IMG/VR virus record: IMGVR_UViG_3300043468_000545
Span: 1 to 58,472 of that record
Strand: one strand, 5' to 3'
Source of the DNA: a virus
Lineage: Duplodnaviria; Caudoviricetes
Length of the DNA stretch: 58,472 nt
A program made the translations under genes and the position numbers. Shown here in pieces: positions 56,496 through 58,472 of this stretch. Under the pieces are notes generated by a model that was given only the letters and a program-made list of their open reading frames with translations, did no database searches and was not told the origin of the DNA. Every line of letters begins with the position of its first letter. Position 1 is the stretch's first letter.

Positions 56496-58472
56496 ATGGC
56501 GTCATTAGATTTCAGAGTAAAAAACGGTTTAGTAACCGGAGCAAATACCACAACATTAGGAACTGCAGTTTCCGTTCTTAGTGGAGGAAATGTTGGAATT
56601 GGTGATTCTAATCCAAGCCAAAAACTTTCTGTTTCTGGAACTCTGAACGCTACTGGTGCCATAACACAAGCTGGTAATCAAGTACTTCATGCCGCCAATT
56701 TTAATTCATACACACCAACATTAACAGGAACTGGCGCTTCAGGAACCTGGGGAATTAATATTACCGGTAATGCTGTAACTGCTGGTGGATTATCAGTTTC
56801 TTCCGCTCAAGCTGTATCTACTATAGTTGCTAGAGATTCTAGTGGTTTTGCATATTTTAATTACATCAATAGTAATACATCTAATGGTGAAAATCCAACA
56901 GTTTCTCAAATTATTGTTACTAATGGCTCTGATGGATTTTTCCGCAAAGCTGGTATAGGTCATTTAACTTCGGCTGTGCAGGCCAGCGCATCTGGAAACT
57001 GGAATATTAATTCTGTTAATATTACTCAATTCCCACTCAACCAAAGCGTAACTACTACTGCTGCCCCAACCTTTGGTGGTTTAACTTCAACAGGAAATTT
57101 AACAGTAGCAGGAGCAGATATTTACTCTTATAGAGCGGGCGGTACTACTGGAGTATTGTTCTTAAATAGTGCTGGTAGTAGATATCTTTACTGGGACAAT
57201 TCAGTTTATACTCTTCATGGTGCAGAACTAAACATCAATGGTCATAGAGCTCTGAATGCTGGTAATTATAATTCATACGCTCCAACATTAACCGGTGGTA
57301 ACGCTTCTGGTACTTGGGGTATTAATATTACTGGTTCTGCACCAACATTAACTACTGCTAGAACTATTAACGGTACTTCTTTCAATGGATCTGGCAATAT
57401 TACTACTGCTAATTGGGGAACTGGTAGAACAATTACTATTGGTGCTACTAGTAGAACTGTTGATGGATCCGGCAACTATTCTTGGTCATTAGCCGAAATT
57501 GATGCTCCATCTAGAGCTGGTTCTGGTGCTTCTGGCACCTGGGCTATTAATGTTACAGGTTGGGCGACCGGCATAGAATCCACACAGTCTTCGTTGGGTT
57601 ATTCTATATCTGGTCAAAACATAGATTATGGCGGCCATGGCGGACCTCAAGTAAGAAGCCAAGGCGGCGGCGCAGCGATGATGTCATTTCATCGCGTCGG
57701 TTCTTATGCCATTAACTTCGGCCTGGGCAACGACAACCAACTTCGTACTGGTGGTTGGTCTCGTGGCGGTAACTATGTTATTTTAGATTCAGGAAATTAC
57801 AATTCATATGCTCCAACATTAACCGGTGGTAACGCTTCCGGAACCTGGGGAATTAATATTACTGGTAATGCTGGTTCAGTGAACGGTAATATTCAAGGTA
57901 CAATGGTTAGTAATATTCGTTGGAATTCTGGAGCAAATTGGCTTATTAATGGCGACAGTTCTTTTGATTTAGAAGCTGGTGGCGTTGTAGGTTTCTGGGA
58001 TGGTGGCCGTGGTGGTTGGTCTCTTAGAGCAAATCACAACGACCATATTCGAATGGTTGAATCTGGTGGTAATGTATACGTATATGGTTCGAGACTATTT
58101 AATGATTCTGGTCAACAAGCAGTATTTAATAACGGTGGTAACTGGAGTATCAGATCTTTCAATTATACTGATTATGGTGGGGTCGATCAAGATTTAAGAA
58201 CTTCTGCATCGCCTTCGTTTTCAGCAGGAACATTTGCTGGATTACACGCTATTAATAGTTTAGGCGGCGCTTTTAGAACTGGCGCTGGTAACTATGGTAT
58301 AAGAATATATGCTGGTGGTGGTTCGGATTCTACAGCAAGCGTTATACAATTTACTAATTCTGCTCAGAATGTTCAGATAGCATCTATTGCTGCTACTTCT
58401 TCAGCATTCATATTGGGTTCCGACAACAATACTACTGTTTATATCAAAGCTAATGGTTCGAACAAATATCAG
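56496..58472 (+). CDS. Tail fibre, truncated by the window edge (>659 aa, absent from the track)
   Basis: ATG 56496 after GGGGATAGGGAACC; MASLDFRVKNGL..GNVGIG..; three NSY.PTLTG..ASGTWGINITG repeats; frame spot-checked at the start, the repeats and the end. Confidence 0.8.
   Translation, partial: MASLDFRVKNGLVTGANTTTLGTAVSVLSGGNVGIGDSNPSQKLSVSGTLNATGAITQAGNQVLHAANFNSYTPTLTGTGASGTWGINITGNAVTAGGLSVSSAQAVSTIVARDSSGFAYFNYINSNTSNGENPTVSQIIVTNGSDGFFRKAGIGHLTSAVQASASGNWNINSVNITQFPLNQSVTTTAAPTFGGLTSTGNLTVAGADIYSYRAGGTTGVLFLNSAGSRYLYWDNSVYTLHGAELNINGHRALNAGNYNSYAPTLTGGNASGTWGINITGSAPTLTTARTINGTSFNGSGNITTANWGTGRTITIGATSRTVDGSGNYSWSLAEIDAPSRAGSGASGTWAINVTGWATGIESTQSSLGYSISGQNIDYGGHGGPQVRSQGGGAAMMSFHRVGSYAINFGLGNDNQLRTGGWSRGGNYVILDSGNYNSYAPTLTGGNASGTWGINITGNAGSVNGNIQGTMVSNIRWNSGANWLINGDSSFDLEAGGVVGFWDGGRGGWSLRANHNDHIRMVESGGNVYVYGSRLFNDSGQQAVFNNGGNWSIRSFNYTDYGGVDQDLRTSASPSFSAGTFAGLHAINSLGGAFRTGAGNYGIRIYAGGGSDSTASVIQFTNSAQNVQIASIAATSSAFILGSDNNTTVYIKANGSNKYQ

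Noticed and set aside
4236-58197. Many short alternate-frame or antisense ORFs in the track (e.g. 4655..5140, 6314..6829, 11438..11761, 44325..44711, 57266..57475)
   Set aside because: They lie within or across well-supported genes, lack RBSs or motifs, and are explained by codon bias of the real frame
40473-58472. Diversity-generating retroelement, suggested by Mtd-N-like termini and near-identical repeats
   Set aside because: No reverse transcriptase in the window; repeats are in-frame coding modules and differences are not confined to adenines
1-58472. Alternative genetic code
   Set aside because: Core genes are intact under the standard code, and TAA, TAG and TGA all serve as stops

Overview
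This window is part of a large, AT-rich T4-like (myovirus) phage genome. The host is probably an alphaproteobacterium, inferred from a circularly permuted two-piece tmRNA with an ANDN...LAA tag. Positions 1-9,200 are an accessory region: many short ORFs behind near-consensus sigma70 promoters, a DUF932 protein, an RMF-like protein, a cluster of exported proteins, the tmRNA and tRNA-Arg(UCU). Positions 9,200-11,450 carry gp33, a HEXXH peptidase-like gene, gp59 and gp32. Positions 11,480-16,200 (minus strand) carry gp4, gp2, a gp54-like gene, gp26, an unannotated gp51 and a tape-measure/hub-like protein with two peptidoglycan-hydrolase domains. Positions 16,260-36,850 are the baseplate operon: gp48, gp53, gp27-like, a gp5 split around an unknown Gly-rich gene, PAAR, gp25, gp6, gp7, gp9/10-like, gp8 and VrlC-like. 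From 37,000 to the end is an array of at least seven fibre/receptor-binding genes with adaptors and chaperones. The most notable leads are: (1) a T-TTT-TTT slippery site that would fuse gp26 to gp51 by a -1 frameshift directly upstream of the tape-measure gene, resembling lambda G/GT; (2) a late-promoter-driven permuted tmRNA next to an AGA-reading tRNA, with an RMF-like gene nearby; (3) the split gp5; (4) recurring terminal motifs suggesting a branched, daisy-chained fibre assembly. All family assignments come from motif recognition and synteny; no database search was run.
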